DNA of 64,000 nt from a virus. A program made the translations under genes and the position numbers. Shown here piece after piece: positions 46,582 through 57,338 of the stretch (position 1 is the stretch's first letter; each line of letters starts with the position of its first letter). Under the pieces are notes generated by a model that saw only the letters and a list, made by a program, of their open reading frames with translations, was not told the DNA's origin and made no database searches. The stretch spans positions 1-64,000 of IMG/VR virus record IMGVR_UViG_3300009181_006602. The stretch is one strand, 5' to 3'.

Positions 46582-48534
46582 ATGCCAACATTTAATACCA
46601 AAGACGAGATATTTGGATCTAAAATAAAAGACCAGCATCAAGTGATCTTTGTCGCCGACCTTTTCGTTGAGGATTATATCGGTGGAGCAGAATTAACATC
46701 AGAGGCCCTTATTTCTGAATCGCCTTATGGCGTTTTGAAGCTTAAATCGCAAGACGTTACTATGGATCTCTTGCAGCAAGGTGCCGATAAGTTTTGGATT
46801 TTTGGAAATTTTTCTGCGCTTAACCCGCAACTAATCCCCAGCATAGTAGCTAATCTTAAATATTCAGTGCTTGAATACGACTACAAGTATTGTCGCTATC
46901 GATCCCCAGAAAAACACTTGTCCGTTACAGAAAAATCTTGCGACTGTCATGAACAAATTAATGGTAAATTGATATCTGCTTTTTATTGCGGAGCACAAGG
47001 GATGTGGTGGATGTCAGAAGGACAAAAAGACCATTACACTAGTTTGTTTCCGTTTTTATTAGAAAAATCAAACGTTGTTCTATCCAGCGTTTTTAATAAA
47101 AAAACTTTAGGGACCATCAGGGCGCTCAGAGAAGGCATTCTAAAGTCAAAAGAGGAACGTAAAAAGTGGATTGTTCTTGGGTCAGAATCGTGGATAAAAG
47201 GTTTTGATGATGCAAAAAGTTGGTGTAAGGAAAATGTTAAAGACGTCGATGTGTTATGGAACATGTCTTATGAAACGACTTTAACAAAAATTGCTATAGC
47301 CGAAGGATTTGTTTATTTACCACGAGGTAAAGACACCTGCCCACGAATGGTTATTGAAGCTAAACTATTAGGTTGCACGCTACACATTAATGATAACGTT
47401 CAACACAAAAATGAAGAATGGTTCGCTACTGATGACATTGAATCGATTGAAGCATATCTTTATGCAGCGCCTGGTTTATTTTGGAATGGAATTAGAAGTA
47501 TGATGAACTATAAACCAACCATCAGCGGATACACACAAACTCGAAACTGTATTGAACAAAATTACCCGTGGGAACAATCTATTAAGTCGTTACTAGGATT
47601 TTGTAATGAGGTTATTATAGTAGACGGAGGTTCAACAGACGGTACTTGGGAAAGACTTTTAGAGATTCAGCAAATCGAACCTCGAGTGAAGCCATTTCAA
47701 ATAACAAGAGATTGGAATGATAAACGCTTTGCTCTTTTCAATGGGCAACAAAAAGCTGAAGCCCGATCTAAATGTATAAGCGAATTTTGCTGGCAGGTCG
47801 ATATCGATGAAGTCGTACACGAAGATGACTATTCTAAGATAATTGACCTCGTAACGAAATTTCCAAAAGGTGTCGATCTTATAGCACTCCCAGTTGTTGA
47901 ATATTGGGGTGGACCTGAAAAGGTTCGCGTTGATGTTAATCCTTGGAAATGGAGATTAAGCCGTAATAATCCTAACATTACGCACGGTTTACCAAAGTCC
48001 CATCGTAGATTTGATGATGAGGGTACCATGTTCTCTATTGGCTCAGATGGAGATGACTATATCTACAAGGATACTTTGGAAAATGTACCGTGCGTATCAT
48101 TCTACACGAACGAAGTTGATTCTGCTCGCCAAGCGGCGATGAGCGGCAATAAACAAGCTCTTGTGGCTTATGAAAATTGGCTTAATCAAGTTGTCGAACA
48201 ACTTCCAGGAGTCTATCATTATTCATGGTATGATCTCGAGAGAAAGATCCACACATATAAGGGTTTTTGGTCGCGCCACTGGACGTCGCTCTATAATCAA
48301 GTACAAGAAGATGTATCAGAGAACAACAAGTTTTTTGACAAGAAGTGGTCCGACGTGAATGACGAAGAGATTAAAGATCTTGCAGTTCGTATGAAGGCCG
48401 AGCTGGGTGGCTGGATATTTCACCATCGTGTTGACTTTTCCAAACCGACACCATGGTTAATCATCAAAAAATCAGAGCCGGCAGTAATGACAACCAGGGG
48501 ACAAGTGTTTAGTTCGGAGATCGCCACCACATGA
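46582..48534 (+). CDS. Two-domain glycosyltransferase (GT-B/GT4-like plus GT2)
   Basis: GGAE start motif and DTCPRMVIEAKLLGC (GT-B), then IIVDGGSTDGT and QVDIDE (GT-A). Confidence 0.88.
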   Translation: MPTFNTKDEIFGSKIKDQHQVIFVADLFVEDYIGGAELTSEALISESPYGVLKLKSQDVTMDLLQQGADKFWIFGNFSALNPQLIPSIVANLKYSVLEYDYKYCRYRSPEKHLSVTEKSCDCHEQINGKLISAFYCGAQGMWWMSEGQKDHYTSLFPFLLEKSNVVLSSVFNKKTLGTIRALREGILKSKEERKKWIVLGSESWIKGFDDAKSWCKENVKDVDVLWNMSYETTLTKIAIAEGFVYLPRGKDTCPRMVIEAKLLGCTLHINDNVQHKNEEWFATDDIESIEAYLYAAPGLFWNGIRSMMNYKPTISGYTQTRNCIEQNYPWEQSIKSLLGFCNEVIIVDGGSTDGTWERLLEIQQIEPRVKPFQITRDWNDKRFALFNGQQKAEARSKCISEFCWQVDIDEVVHEDDYSKIIDLVTKFPKGVDLIALPVVEYWGGPEKVRVDVNPWKWRLSRNNPNITHGLPKSHRRFDDEGTMFSIGSDGDDYIYKDTLENVPCVSFYTNEVDSARQAAMSGNKQALVAYENWLNQVVEQLPGVYHYSWYDLERKIHTYKGFWSRHWTSLYNQVQEDVSENNKFFDKKWSDVNDEEIKDLAVRMKAELGGWIFHHRVDFSKPTPWLIIKKSEPAVMTTRGQVFSSEIATT

Positions 48535-49268
48535 AGAATCGTTTTGTCTTCGTCGTTCCGTATTACAATGCGGAAGAAGACATATCAAAGACCCTCCACT
48601 CTATAATGGCCCAAAGTTATGATGAGTGGAGGGCTATTGTTATCAACGATATGTCTACCGACAATGGATCTAATCTCACCTCGCGAATAGTCGATGGGTC
48701 CATCCATCGAGACAAATTTACTCTCGTAGACAGGGTAGAGAAGCATGGAGAAGTTCGTAATACTCTTGTATCGTTAGATTCGATAGAAGATGATGAGGTT
48801 GTATGTCGATTGGACGGCGGAGACTGGCTACTGGAAAACGATCTACTATGGGTGCTTAACGAAACGTACAATGATCCATCTCAGGCGGTCGCCTGGACAG
48901 CGCACAGGTGGAGCTATACAACAAGAAATATCTCTGGACCTTTAAATTTACAATCGAGTCAAACTGTCTATCAACACCCGTGGGTTTCAAGTCACCTGAA
49001 GACATTTCGTGCAGGACAACTTCGTAAAGTTCCAAAAGCTAACTTTTTTACAGACTCAGGCGAGTACATAATGATTGCATGCGATCAAGCGATATTCTTA
49101 CCAATGATGCATCTCTCCCATGGAGAAGGAAAAAAGTTGAACTTCGTACCTATTGTCGGATACCATTACAATATCAATCTAGGAAATAAAAATTTATTTA
49201 CTTCGAATAGAGCGATCAATCAAAAGATGTCAGCTGAGACGATCCGCGAAAGAGGATTTTTAGAGTGA
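48531..49268 (+). CDS. Glycosyltransferase family 2
   Basis: VVPYYNAE, INDMSTD, RLDGGD. Confidence 0.9.
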   Translation: MKNRFVFVVPYYNAEEDISKTLHSIMAQSYDEWRAIVINDMSTDNGSNLTSRIVDGSIHRDKFTLVDRVEKHGEVRNTLVSLDSIEDDEVVCRLDGGDWLLENDLLWVLNETYNDPSQAVAWTAHRWSYTTRNISGPLNLQSSQTVYQHPWVSSHLKTFRAGQLRKVPKANFFTDSGEYIMIACDQAIFLPMMHLSHGEGKKLNFVPIVGYHYNINLGNKNLFTSNRAINQKMSAETIRERGFLE

Positions 49269-50155
49269 AGATATTGTTAGACAACGTTGATATCAATTCT
49301 TCCTCAGGCCCAAACTCTTTTGGTCGATTGTTATCAGAAGAACTCAAAAGAGTTGGTCACCATATTAGCTCGCGATTAATAGATCCAGACGTTCAACTTT
49401 CTTTTATAGTCGCATCTCAAAAAAAAGCTAAACTAGCTTTACGCCTTGATGGAATATACTTTAACTCTCGACAAGATTGGGAATCCATGAATTCGTCTAT
49501 TAAGAATTCGTTTAATCTTGCAGACGTAGTAATATACCAATCTAATTTTAATAAAACATTGACTGAAAAGTTTTTTGGATATGCAAAAAACTCATTCGTA
49601 ATAAATAATGGTACTTGTTTAGAAACTATTCGTAGTATTAATCCATTAGCTCAACAAGAGCTTGACGAGTATTCAGAAGTATGGTCGTGTGCATCCTCTT
49701 GGAGACCTCACAAAAGACTAAAGGAAAATATCGGTTATTTTTTAGAAAAAGCGCCTATTGATTCTTGTCTTATTGTTGCCGGTGAAAATCCAGATCACGT
49801 CATTAAGCACCCTAGGATATTTTATGTAGGACAACTTTCTTGGAGAGATTGCATATCTCTATATAAAAGATCAACTACTTTTTTACATTTAGCATTTTTA
49901 GATCACTGTCCTAATGTTGTTATCGACGCTGTTGCTTCTGGTTGTAAGTTGATTGTGGCATCTAGCGGAGGAACAAGCGAGATTGCAGGACTTAATGCTT
50001 TGGTCATTAAAGATTTGGATTGGGATATGTCGCCGCTTGACCTTTATTCGCCGCCTGCTTTAGATTACTCTAAAGAAAAGCAAAATTGTGTTATATCAAA
50101 TATTAATATAATCGATGTCGGCACTCGCTATATAAATGCGCTAGGATCAATATGA
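49265..50155 (+). CDS. Glycosyltransferase, GT4-like
   Basis: SGPNSF, KRL, DHCPNVVIDAVASG...SGGTSEI. Confidence 0.85.
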   Translation: MKILLDNVDINSSSGPNSFGRLLSEELKRVGHHISSRLIDPDVQLSFIVASQKKAKLALRLDGIYFNSRQDWESMNSSIKNSFNLADVVIYQSNFNKTLTEKFFGYAKNSFVINNGTCLETIRSINPLAQQELDEYSEVWSCASSWRPHKRLKENIGYFLEKAPIDSCLIVAGENPDHVIKHPRIFYVGQLSWRDCISLYKRSTTFLHLAFLDHCPNVVIDAVASGCKLIVASSGGTSEIAGLNALVIKDLDWDMSPLDLYSPPALDYSKEKQNCVISNINIIDVGTRYINALGSI

Positions 50156-50508
50156 AAAACATACACGAATCTGTTAGTTGTTTGTTGACAGCAAAGCTTG
50201 TTAAATACAAAAACGAGAAATTGAACGTCGCCACTTGTACTTTAATATATCAAGATATATTTGAAACTTTCGTTGATGTAATTCAAGAATCACAAATCGA
50301 AATAAGCAATGAAGCAATGAATATGATATGTCAAATGTATTATGACGTAGTTGCCATCAACGGAAATCAAGAGTTGGATCCAAACATTTTCTCACAAAGA
50401 GCTAGCGTAAAAAATATAGAAACAAAAGAACTAGCATTGTTAGCTAGCATTTTTTCTAATACGCCTTTTGCTGTGCCTTTTATTCTTGAAGTAAAAAAGA
50501 GGTCGTAA
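50152..50508 (+). CDS. Hypothetical protein within the glycan cluster
   Basis: ATGA-coupled ORF; no recognised motif. Confidence 0.7.
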   Translation: MKNIHESVSCLLTAKLVKYKNEKLNVATCTLIYQDIFETFVDVIQESQIEISNEAMNMICQMYYDVVAINGNQELDPNIFSQRASVKNIETKELALLASIFSNTPFAVPFILEVKKRS

Positions 50509-50509
50509 T

Positions 50510-51502
50510 ATGAGTAAGCGTGCTTTCATAACAGGCGTAACTGGTCAGGATGGTAGCTATCTTGTTGATCTTTTGGCATCAAAAGGTTACGAAGTACACG
50601 GTCTTATCAGACAATCTACGCAATTTACGCCTGATCGTTGGGGACACTTAAAAGGAGCAATGTTGTCTAAAAAGCTAGAAGTTCATCATGGCGATCTAAT
50701 GGACGCATCAGGAATGAGAGTAATATTAGAAACCATTCAACCTGACGAAGTTTATAATCTCGCAGCGCAAAGCCATGTTGGTATATCTTTTGAACAGCCA
50801 GTTAATACTTCAGAAGTTACAGCTCTTGGCACGCTTTATCTATTAGATGCGATCAAACGTTCTAAATTAAATTGTAAATTTTATCAGGCATCATCAAGCG
50901 AGATGTTCGGAAAAGTTAAACTGACTCCGCAAAACGAAGAAACGCCTTTTTATCCTAGAAGCCCATACGGTTGCGCAAAAGTATACGCTCATTATATTAC
51001 ACAAAACTATAGAGAATCCTATGACATCTTTGCATGCTCAGGCATTTTATTCAATCATGAATCCGAGCGAAGAGGAGAAAACTTTGTGACTCGTAAAATC
51101 ACAAGAGCCATTGGTCGTATTAAAGCTGGTTTGCAAAACGAGTTGCGAATGGGAAATACGACGGCGCTTAGAGACTGGGGATATGCACCTGAATACGTTG
51201 AAGCAATGTGGCTAATGTTGCAACAAGATCAGCCTAACGATTATGTGATAGGTACAGGAACGCAACACTCTGTTCAAGAATTTATCGATGCAGCTTTCGC
51301 CATCGCCGGCCTTGATAAAGATCAATATATCAAAATAGATCAGAAATTTATGAGACCGTCGGAAGTAGATACACTTATCGCCGATACTTCGAAGGCTAAA
51401 GAAGTTTTGGGTTGGACACCTCAAGTTGACTTTAACACGCTTGTTAAAAAGATGGTAGAGCATGATATTGCGTTGGCAGAGAAGGAAAAATCTCTTTTCT
51501 AA
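50510..51502 (+). CDS. gmd: GDP-mannose 4,6-dehydratase
   Basis: ITGVTGQDGSYL, LAAQSHV, YQASSSEMFG, PRSPYGCAK, GILFNHES.RRG.NFVTRKI, RDWG. Confidence 0.97.
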   Translation: MSKRAFITGVTGQDGSYLVDLLASKGYEVHGLIRQSTQFTPDRWGHLKGAMLSKKLEVHHGDLMDASGMRVILETIQPDEVYNLAAQSHVGISFEQPVNTSEVTALGTLYLLDAIKRSKLNCKFYQASSSEMFGKVKLTPQNEETPFYPRSPYGCAKVYAHYITQNYRESYDIFACSGILFNHESERRGENFVTRKITRAIGRIKAGLQNELRMGNTTALRDWGYAPEYVEAMWLMLQQDQPNDYVIGTGTQHSVQEFIDAAFAIAGLDKDQYIKIDQKFMRPSEVDTLIADTSKAKEVLGWTPQVDFNTLVKKMVEHDIALAEKEKSLF

Positions 51503-51507
51503 TAATC

Positions 51508-52407
51508 ATGAATAAAGTTTTTGTATTAAGACCATCAGAAGATTGGATCGTCGATAGACTAGTCGATGAATGGTACACGGGCAATTCTGATATGTCAGTC
51601 CATGATTCAAATCAAGCAGATGTGATATGGTTACTCGCAAACTGGTGTTATAAGCGTATTGATAGAAATTTATTGATAAGCAAAAAAGTGATCACTACTA
51701 TTCATCATGTTGTTAGTGAGAAATTTGATCAAGCTAAATTGTTAGATTTTCAGTATAGAGACTCTATAACCAGTGTTTATCATGTACCCAATGGTCACAC
51801 AGAAAGTATCGTAAAACAATTAACTAAAAAAGCTATACATGTAATTCCATATTGGGCTAATCAAAACATCTGGAGACAAACTGGCGACAAGTTAATGTTA
51901 AGAGAAAAATACGGTTTGACTATCGACGGATATTTGATAGGGTCATTTCAAAGAGATACAGAAGGACATGATTTAAAGACTCCAAAACTAGAAAAGGGTC
52001 CTGACCTACTGGTAGATGCTATAGAAAAGCTTTGGATAACTAATAAATCAATTCATGTTGTTTTAGCTGGTTGGCGCCGACAATATGTGATATCTAGACT
52101 TGAGCAAGCTGGTATACCTTATACATACTTTGATCGACCTTCGCAAGAAACAATAAATGAGTTATACCAAACGTTGGATCTATATCCTGTCACCGCTAGA
52201 GCAGAAGGTGGGCCACAGTCTCTAATAGAATGCGGATTATTGAACATCCCAGTAGTTTCTAGAGATATTGGTATAGCAAGTCAAGTTCTTCCTAAAGAAT
52301 CAATTTCAGCTGACGTTGCGAGTGCTACACCGAATATACCGACAATAGATAACTTAAAATTGCCTAGTGGATATCTTAGCTATAGAAATTTGATAAACTC
52401 GCTATAA
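51508..52407 (+). CDS. Glycosyltransferase, GT4-like
   Basis: KGPD and ARAEGGPQSLIECG...PVVS.DIG (E-x7-E motif). Confidence 0.85.
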   Translation: MNKVFVLRPSEDWIVDRLVDEWYTGNSDMSVHDSNQADVIWLLANWCYKRIDRNLLISKKVITTIHHVVSEKFDQAKLLDFQYRDSITSVYHVPNGHTESIVKQLTKKAIHVIPYWANQNIWRQTGDKLMLREKYGLTIDGYLIGSFQRDTEGHDLKTPKLEKGPDLLVDAIEKLWITNKSIHVVLAGWRRQYVISRLEQAGIPYTYFDRPSQETINELYQTLDLYPVTARAEGGPQSLIECGLLNIPVVSRDIGIASQVLPKESISADVASATPNIPTIDNLKLPSGYLSYRNLINSL

Positions 52408-52446
52408 AAACGTTGGCGTGTTTCATTGACGAAGTTGGAGTTTAAA

Positions 52447-53262
52447 ATGCAAAACAATTGGTATGATGATTTGTGCGAATATTATAAAGTGACGCCTGAA
52501 GTCGCGACACAACTAGGTACGCGTAGCGCCGGTAGAAAACCAAATTTACCAGGATCATCTACAACACATGCTGTTAGCAACAAGACATTTGAAGAGATAT
52601 GGGCTTCGGCGCCTAGAGACAACGAAGAACAAATTTTTCAATTTTATAAAGATCAAGGTGCATGGTCGGCTTTTAGACAAGTCGTTCGACATAAAGATAT
52701 GACGAACCTACACTTAGATCTTTTGTCTAGAACAATAAAAACAAATTCTACTTTTTGTGAGTATGGTTGTGGAGTAGCGCCATTTACTTATACATTGTTA
52801 AAAAATATTGATGTTAATGAATGTTTAAACATTTATATTTCAGATGTAGAAAGTGAACATTTTACATTTGGTGCTTGGCGATTAAAAAAATTAATAGAGT
52901 CTAGAGATTTAAAAAATATAAAGTTTGAACCGGTAACTATATTGCCTAATTCATTACCTCAATATTCAAAAATGTTAGATATAGTTTTTATATTCGAGGT
53001 CTTAGAACACGTTCCTAACCCAGTAACATTATTAAAAAATCTTTCGTCACAAATGAGTGCCGGCGGATTATTTTGCGAAAACTTTATCAAACATGTTCAT
53101 GATCCGAACGAACAACCCGGACCTGATTTAGAATCAGCTGCAATGTTAAGAGATCAATATTATGAAAACTTGAGTACGGACTTTAAATTATTTATTGGCG
53201 AATTTCCCAGTCTTAGTCCGAATCAAACTAGGGTTTGGAAAAAAAATGAAAATCTATTTTAA
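52447..53262 (+). CDS. Class I SAM-dependent methyltransferase
   Basis: CEYGCGVA motif I, FEVLEHV, GG.F. SD GGAG before ATG 52447. Confidence 0.85.
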   Translation: MQNNWYDDLCEYYKVTPEVATQLGTRSAGRKPNLPGSSTTHAVSNKTFEEIWASAPRDNEEQIFQFYKDQGAWSAFRQVVRHKDMTNLHLDLLSRTIKTNSTFCEYGCGVAPFTYTLLKNIDVNECLNIYISDVESEHFTFGAWRLKKLIESRDLKNIKFEPVTILPNSLPQYSKMLDIVFIFEVLEHVPNPVTLLKNLSSQMSAGGLFCENFIKHVHDPNEQPGPDLESAAMLRDQYYENLSTDFKLFIGEFPSLSPNQTRVWKKNENLF

Positions 53263-54166
53263 TAGACGACCTGTTAAAGGTCCTTGGGGAGGCGGTTCTA
53301 AAGTGCTTTCTTCCGTCGTAGAAGAATGTCACAAGCGTAATCATGCAGTGATATTCGAAGAACAATTAGATCTTACTAATGGAGATGTTGATCTAATCGT
53401 GTGCTTGGATCCTAGACCTAATCAAAGCGTTGATTTTAAAAAGATGCTTGAATACAAGGAGAAGTTTGGAAAAAAAATTCTTCAAAGAGTCGGTGATCTT
53501 GGTACACATGGGAAACCAGAACTTTTTGAACTTTTGAAAAAAACTACGCCACTAGTAGATGTTCTCGTATTTCCTAGTAACTGGGCAAAAAAATATTTAA
53601 ATCAAGACGACTCAATACAACAATATGTAATTAAAAATGCGCCATTACCAGCGTTTGTCTTTAGCAAGAATTACGAAAAATCATTTGATGAGAAAATAAA
53701 TCTTGTAACTCATCACTGGTCTGATAATGTCAATAAAGGATTCGACTTTTATCAAGAGTTAGACAATTATTGTTTAAATTCTAAAAAGTTTACATTTACA
53801 TATATCGGAAGGGCTCCTCGAAATATTTCCTTTAATAGACACCTACCTCCACACGATGTAAGCGGATTAATCGATGAGTTGCCAAATTATCACATATACG
53901 TTACAGCTTCTAAACTTGAGGCTGGCGCTAATCATGTTCTTGAGGCATTAGCGTTGAATTTGCCTGTACTTTATCACAGCGATGGAGGCAGCATACATGA
54001 ATATTGCAAAGATCATGGATTTTCTTATACCAATTTAGAAGAATTAACGTATATCTTAGAAAACCATATTGAACACATCTATTCCATTTTTATAAAAATG
54101 TCTGTAACCAGGCAATCCTTAGACATGGCAAAAGAATACGTAAATTTATTTGAGACCCTCGCGTGA
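53246..54166 (+). CDS. Glycosyltransferase, GT4-like
   Basis: GPWGGG, NKG, ASKLEAGANHVLEALALNLPVLY..DGG. Confidence 0.87.
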   Translation: MKIYFNRRPVKGPWGGGSKVLSSVVEECHKRNHAVIFEEQLDLTNGDVDLIVCLDPRPNQSVDFKKMLEYKEKFGKKILQRVGDLGTHGKPELFELLKKTTPLVDVLVFPSNWAKKYLNQDDSIQQYVIKNAPLPAFVFSKNYEKSFDEKINLVTHHWSDNVNKGFDFYQELDNYCLNSKKFTFTYIGRAPRNISFNRHLPPHDVSGLIDELPNYHIYVTASKLEAGANHVLEALALNLPVLYHSDGGSIHEYCKDHGFSYTNLEELTYILENHIEHIYSIFIKMSVTRQSLDMAKEYVNLFETLA

Positions 54167-54870
54167 AAATTAATATTAGTATAGACGATGTTTCTCCGCA
54201 TCCCCTTTCTTCTATACGCGTTATAGAAAGATGTAATGAGATTATATCGATATTCCCAAGCGTAAAGTTTAGTCTCTTTGTTCCGGTCGCCTATTGGCGA
54301 ACAGTTAAACATGGAACTACCACTGACAAACCTTTAAATATCGATCTTTTTCCTGATTTTTGTAATTTTATTAGTAAACTTTCAAAAGAAAATTTTGAAA
54401 TTTGTTATCATGGATTTTATCATGGTATACCTGGTATAAGCGACAACGATGAATTTCAACGATTAAATGCAGACGAGGCTAAACAAAAATTTCAAACCAT
54501 GTTTGAAGTTGTTGATCGAGCAGGCTTAGGGACTATTTTTAAGCCTATATTTAGACCGCCTGCGTGGAGAATGTCGCCAGACGCTATTAACGTTGCTCAA
54601 TTATCAGGTATAGAAATATTAGCTCTTTCTCCAAAGACATATGCTAGAAAAATTTACGACGGCGCAGAAAATACTTTTGATAAAATTGTTTATTATAATT
54701 GCAATCCTCCGTTTGATGAGCTTAACGCTTTTTCTCCTTATACCGAAATTGTCTACCACGCTTGTGAATGGGACTCGAATTATTTAAGCAAAGAAAAAAC
54801 AATAGAATTAAAAAACTTTTTGCAATTACAAAACAATGCAGAATTTTGTTTTATGAAAGATCTTATATGA
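54163..54870 (+). CDS. Polysaccharide deacetylase-like protein (NodB/DUF2334-type)
   Basis: ISIDDV, HGFYH and FRPPAW CE4-type motifs. Confidence 0.82.
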   Translation: MKINISIDDVSPHPLSSIRVIERCNEIISIFPSVKFSLFVPVAYWRTVKHGTTTDKPLNIDLFPDFCNFISKLSKENFEICYHGFYHGIPGISDNDEFQRLNADEAKQKFQTMFEVVDRAGLGTIFKPIFRPPAWRMSPDAINVAQLSGIEILALSPKTYARKIYDGAENTFDKIVYYNCNPPFDELNAFSPYTEIVYHACEWDSNYLSKEKTIELKNFLQLQNNAEFCFMKDLI

Positions 54871-55304
54871 TAATCTTAAAAAAGATTCAAAAGATAAAAA
54901 CGCCGGATGGTTGTATGATTCCCATATATAGAAATTGGGATAATGAAACCAACGAAGGTCATGAACCTAAAATGGTTTATGCTACAATGATAATGTCTAA
55001 AACAGAAAAAGATATTATACTTCACGAACGTAGAATTGCTTATATGACCTGCATACAAGGCGTTGTCCAATTAGAAACTCACGTTGAAAATACGATTAAG
55101 ACAACTTCGCTGTCTTCTAAAGAAGATGTAAACGGGATGATCGACCTTGTTATTATTCCTGCCAATATGCCAATAAAGTTGTCAAATCATGGTGACGAAA
55201 CGGCGATTATCATAAATTGCCCCAGCCCGTCTTGGCATCCAAATGATCCTGACACCATAAAATTTAAAAATTGGAGTGAATTTAAAAAATGGAAAAAAGA
55301 CTAA
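54867..55304 (+). CDS. Cupin-fold sugar epimerase/isomerase (RmlC/FdtA-like)
   Basis: TPDG, ILHERR...CIQG.V and LVIIPAN cupin pattern; directly upstream of rmlB; ATGA overlap at 54867. Confidence 0.65.
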   Translation: MIILKKIQKIKTPDGCMIPIYRNWDNETNEGHEPKMVYATMIMSKTEKDIILHERRIAYMTCIQGVVQLETHVENTIKTTSLSSKEDVNGMIDLVIIPANMPIKLSNHGDETAIIINCPSPSWHPNDPDTIKFKNWSEFKKWKKD

Positions 55305-56263
55305 AAAAACCTTGTCACTTTTTAGTGACAGGCGGTTTGGGGTTTATAGGTAGCTTCTTCATAGAAAAATGCTTGTCTTTAGGTCATAGCGTAACGAACA
55401 TCGATAAGATCACCTATGCTTCGAATACTGATATAAAGTTTATCGGAGAATATAAATTCATTCAAGAAGACATATGCGACATTAAAGAAATACCCAACTG
55501 TGACATTATAGTAAATTTCGCCGCCGAGTCACATGTAGATAATTCAATAACTGAAAGCTTTAACTTTTTGAATTCCAACGTTAAGGGTATTTATAACTTG
55601 TTGGAAATAATAAAGAACAACAAAATAAAAAGTGCTTTGGCGGCTCAAAAATATGCTAGTCCATTATTTGTACAGATTAGCACCGACGAAGTCTTTGGAG
55701 ATATAGCTGAAGGATTTTTTAAGGAAGAAGATAGACACAAAGCCAGCAATCCTTATTCGGCGACTAAAGCCGCCGCAGAACAAATATTATTTGCGTGGGC
55801 CAGAACTTATGATATACCTTTTTTGATGACTAGAACAACGAACAATTATGGTAAAAGGCAACATCCTGAAAAGTTGATACCGAGAGTTATAACGAAGTTA
55901 CTAGCAGGAGAAAAAGCCCCTATTCACGGTAACGGTTCATATATTAGAAACTGGATTCACGTCGAAGATAATATCGAAGCGATATTACGAGTTATCGATC
56001 TTGGAACTCTAAATGAAGTTTATCATATTGCTTCCGAAGAAGAATATACTGTTAATGAAGTTGTCGAGCGAATTTGTAGAGTTTTAAATTTAAACTTTAA
56101 AGACAGAACAGACTATAGTTCAGATAGAGCCGGTGCTGATTCAAGGTATGCACTTGATTTTCAAAAGATAACAAAACTAGGCTGGGTTCCAAAGAGAAGC
56201 CTTGAAGAATCACTAATAGAAATCGTAGAACACTATAGAAATAAAAATGATACCACTTTTTAA
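55289..56263 (+). CDS. rmlB: dTDP-glucose 4,6-dehydratase
   Basis: VTGGLGFIGS, DKITYA, FAAESHVD, STDEV, PYSATK, NNYG..QHPEKLIP, R.WIHVED. Confidence 0.94.
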   Translation: MEKRLKKPCHFLVTGGLGFIGSFFIEKCLSLGHSVTNIDKITYASNTDIKFIGEYKFIQEDICDIKEIPNCDIIVNFAAESHVDNSITESFNFLNSNVKGIYNLLEIIKNNKIKSALAAQKYASPLFVQISTDEVFGDIAEGFFKEEDRHKASNPYSATKAAAEQILFAWARTYDIPFLMTRTTNNYGKRQHPEKLIPRVITKLLAGEKAPIHGNGSYIRNWIHVEDNIEAILRVIDLGTLNEVYHIASEEEYTVNEVVERICRVLNLNFKDRTDYSSDRAGADSRYALDFQKITKLGWVPKRSLEESLIEIVEHYRNKNDTTF

Positions 56264-57338
56264 GATTCATTCGCCCGCAGGCGTCGGAACAAAAATACAA
56301 GAAGTTTTTGATGCAGGAGTTATAACTGAAGGAGAATTCTCTGATAAATTCGAAAGCGAGTTTGGTTCTTACGTTGGTAATTCAAACTGCTCTTTAGTTA
56401 ATAGTTGTACTTCGGCTTTGACACTTGCATATAGATTATCAGATCTAGGTCCTGATACGGAAATTATCACGACCCCTATGACCTGTATGGCAACCAACGA
56501 ACCAGCCCATCTAACAGGAGCAAAGCTGGTTTTTGCTGACATTGACCCGACAACAGGTAATATTGATCCAGAATCAATAAAGAAAAGGTTATCAAAACGA
56601 ACTAAAGCAGTCGTCGCCGTTCATTGGTCTGGTCAACCTTTCGATATTAACTCAGTACGACATGTCGTTAAACAATATAATCCAAATATCAAGATTATAG
56701 AAGACGCCGCCCATGCGCTTGGAGCGTCTTATGAAAACAAACCTATAGGAGGTCATTCTGATTATGTTTGTTTTTCATTTCAAGCTATCAAACACCTAAC
56801 GACCGTTGATGGTGGAGCAGTATGTTCTCTTTTAACAAATGACGACGCCAGGATAAAAAAAATTCGTTGGTTCGGTTTAGATAGAAAATACGTTGGTCCG
56901 CGGTGGGAACAAGATATAACAGAATCAGGTTATAAGTTTCACATGAATAACGTAAATGCTATCATCGGATTAGAACAGATGAAGCATTTAGACTTTATTG
57001 TTAATTCTCATAAGAAAAATGGTAAACTATACGATACAAGGATAAACAATCCTAAAATCGAAAAGCTTCGTCGAGATAGTTGCGCAGAGTCTTCTTACTG
57101 GATCTATTCGTTACTCGTTGACAACAAAGAAAAATTCAAACAACATCTTGCTATGAACGGGATAGCTTCAGATGTAGTTCACGTGCGTAACGATCACTAT
57201 AGCGTCTTTGGAGATTTTAAACAACAAGACCTCAGCGGGACCGATAAGTTTTGTAATAAGATGATTAATATACCTGTAGGTTGGTGGTTGAGCGATGCCG
57301 ATTTAGATAAAATAGTCGATGTCGTTAATAACTACTAA
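56247..57338 (+). CDS. DegT/DnrJ/EryC1/StrS PLP-dependent sugar aminotransferase
   Basis: NSCTSAL, EDAAHA, FSFQAIKHLTTVDGG, GYKFHM. Confidence 0.95.
   Translation: MIPLFKIHSPAGVGTKIQEVFDAGVITEGEFSDKFESEFGSYVGNSNCSLVNSCTSALTLAYRLSDLGPDTEIITTPMTCMATNEPAHLTGAKLVFADIDPTTGNIDPESIKKRLSKRTKAVVAVHWSGQPFDINSVRHVVKQYNPNIKIIEDAAHALGASYENKPIGGHSDYVCFSFQAIKHLTTVDGGAVCSLLTNDDARIKKIRWFGLDRKYVGPRWEQDITESGYKFHMNNVNAIIGLEQMKHLDFIVNSHKKNGKLYDTRINNPKIEKLRRDSCAESSYWIYSLLVDNKEKFKQHLAMNGIASDVVHVRNDHYSVFGDFKQQDLSGTDKFCNKMINIPVGWWLSDADLDKIVDVVNNY

Noticed and set aside
46575-46582. T4 late promoter TATAAATA
   Set aside because: An exact match, but it overlaps the A of the start codon, leaving no room for a transcript start; likely chance in AT-rich DNA.
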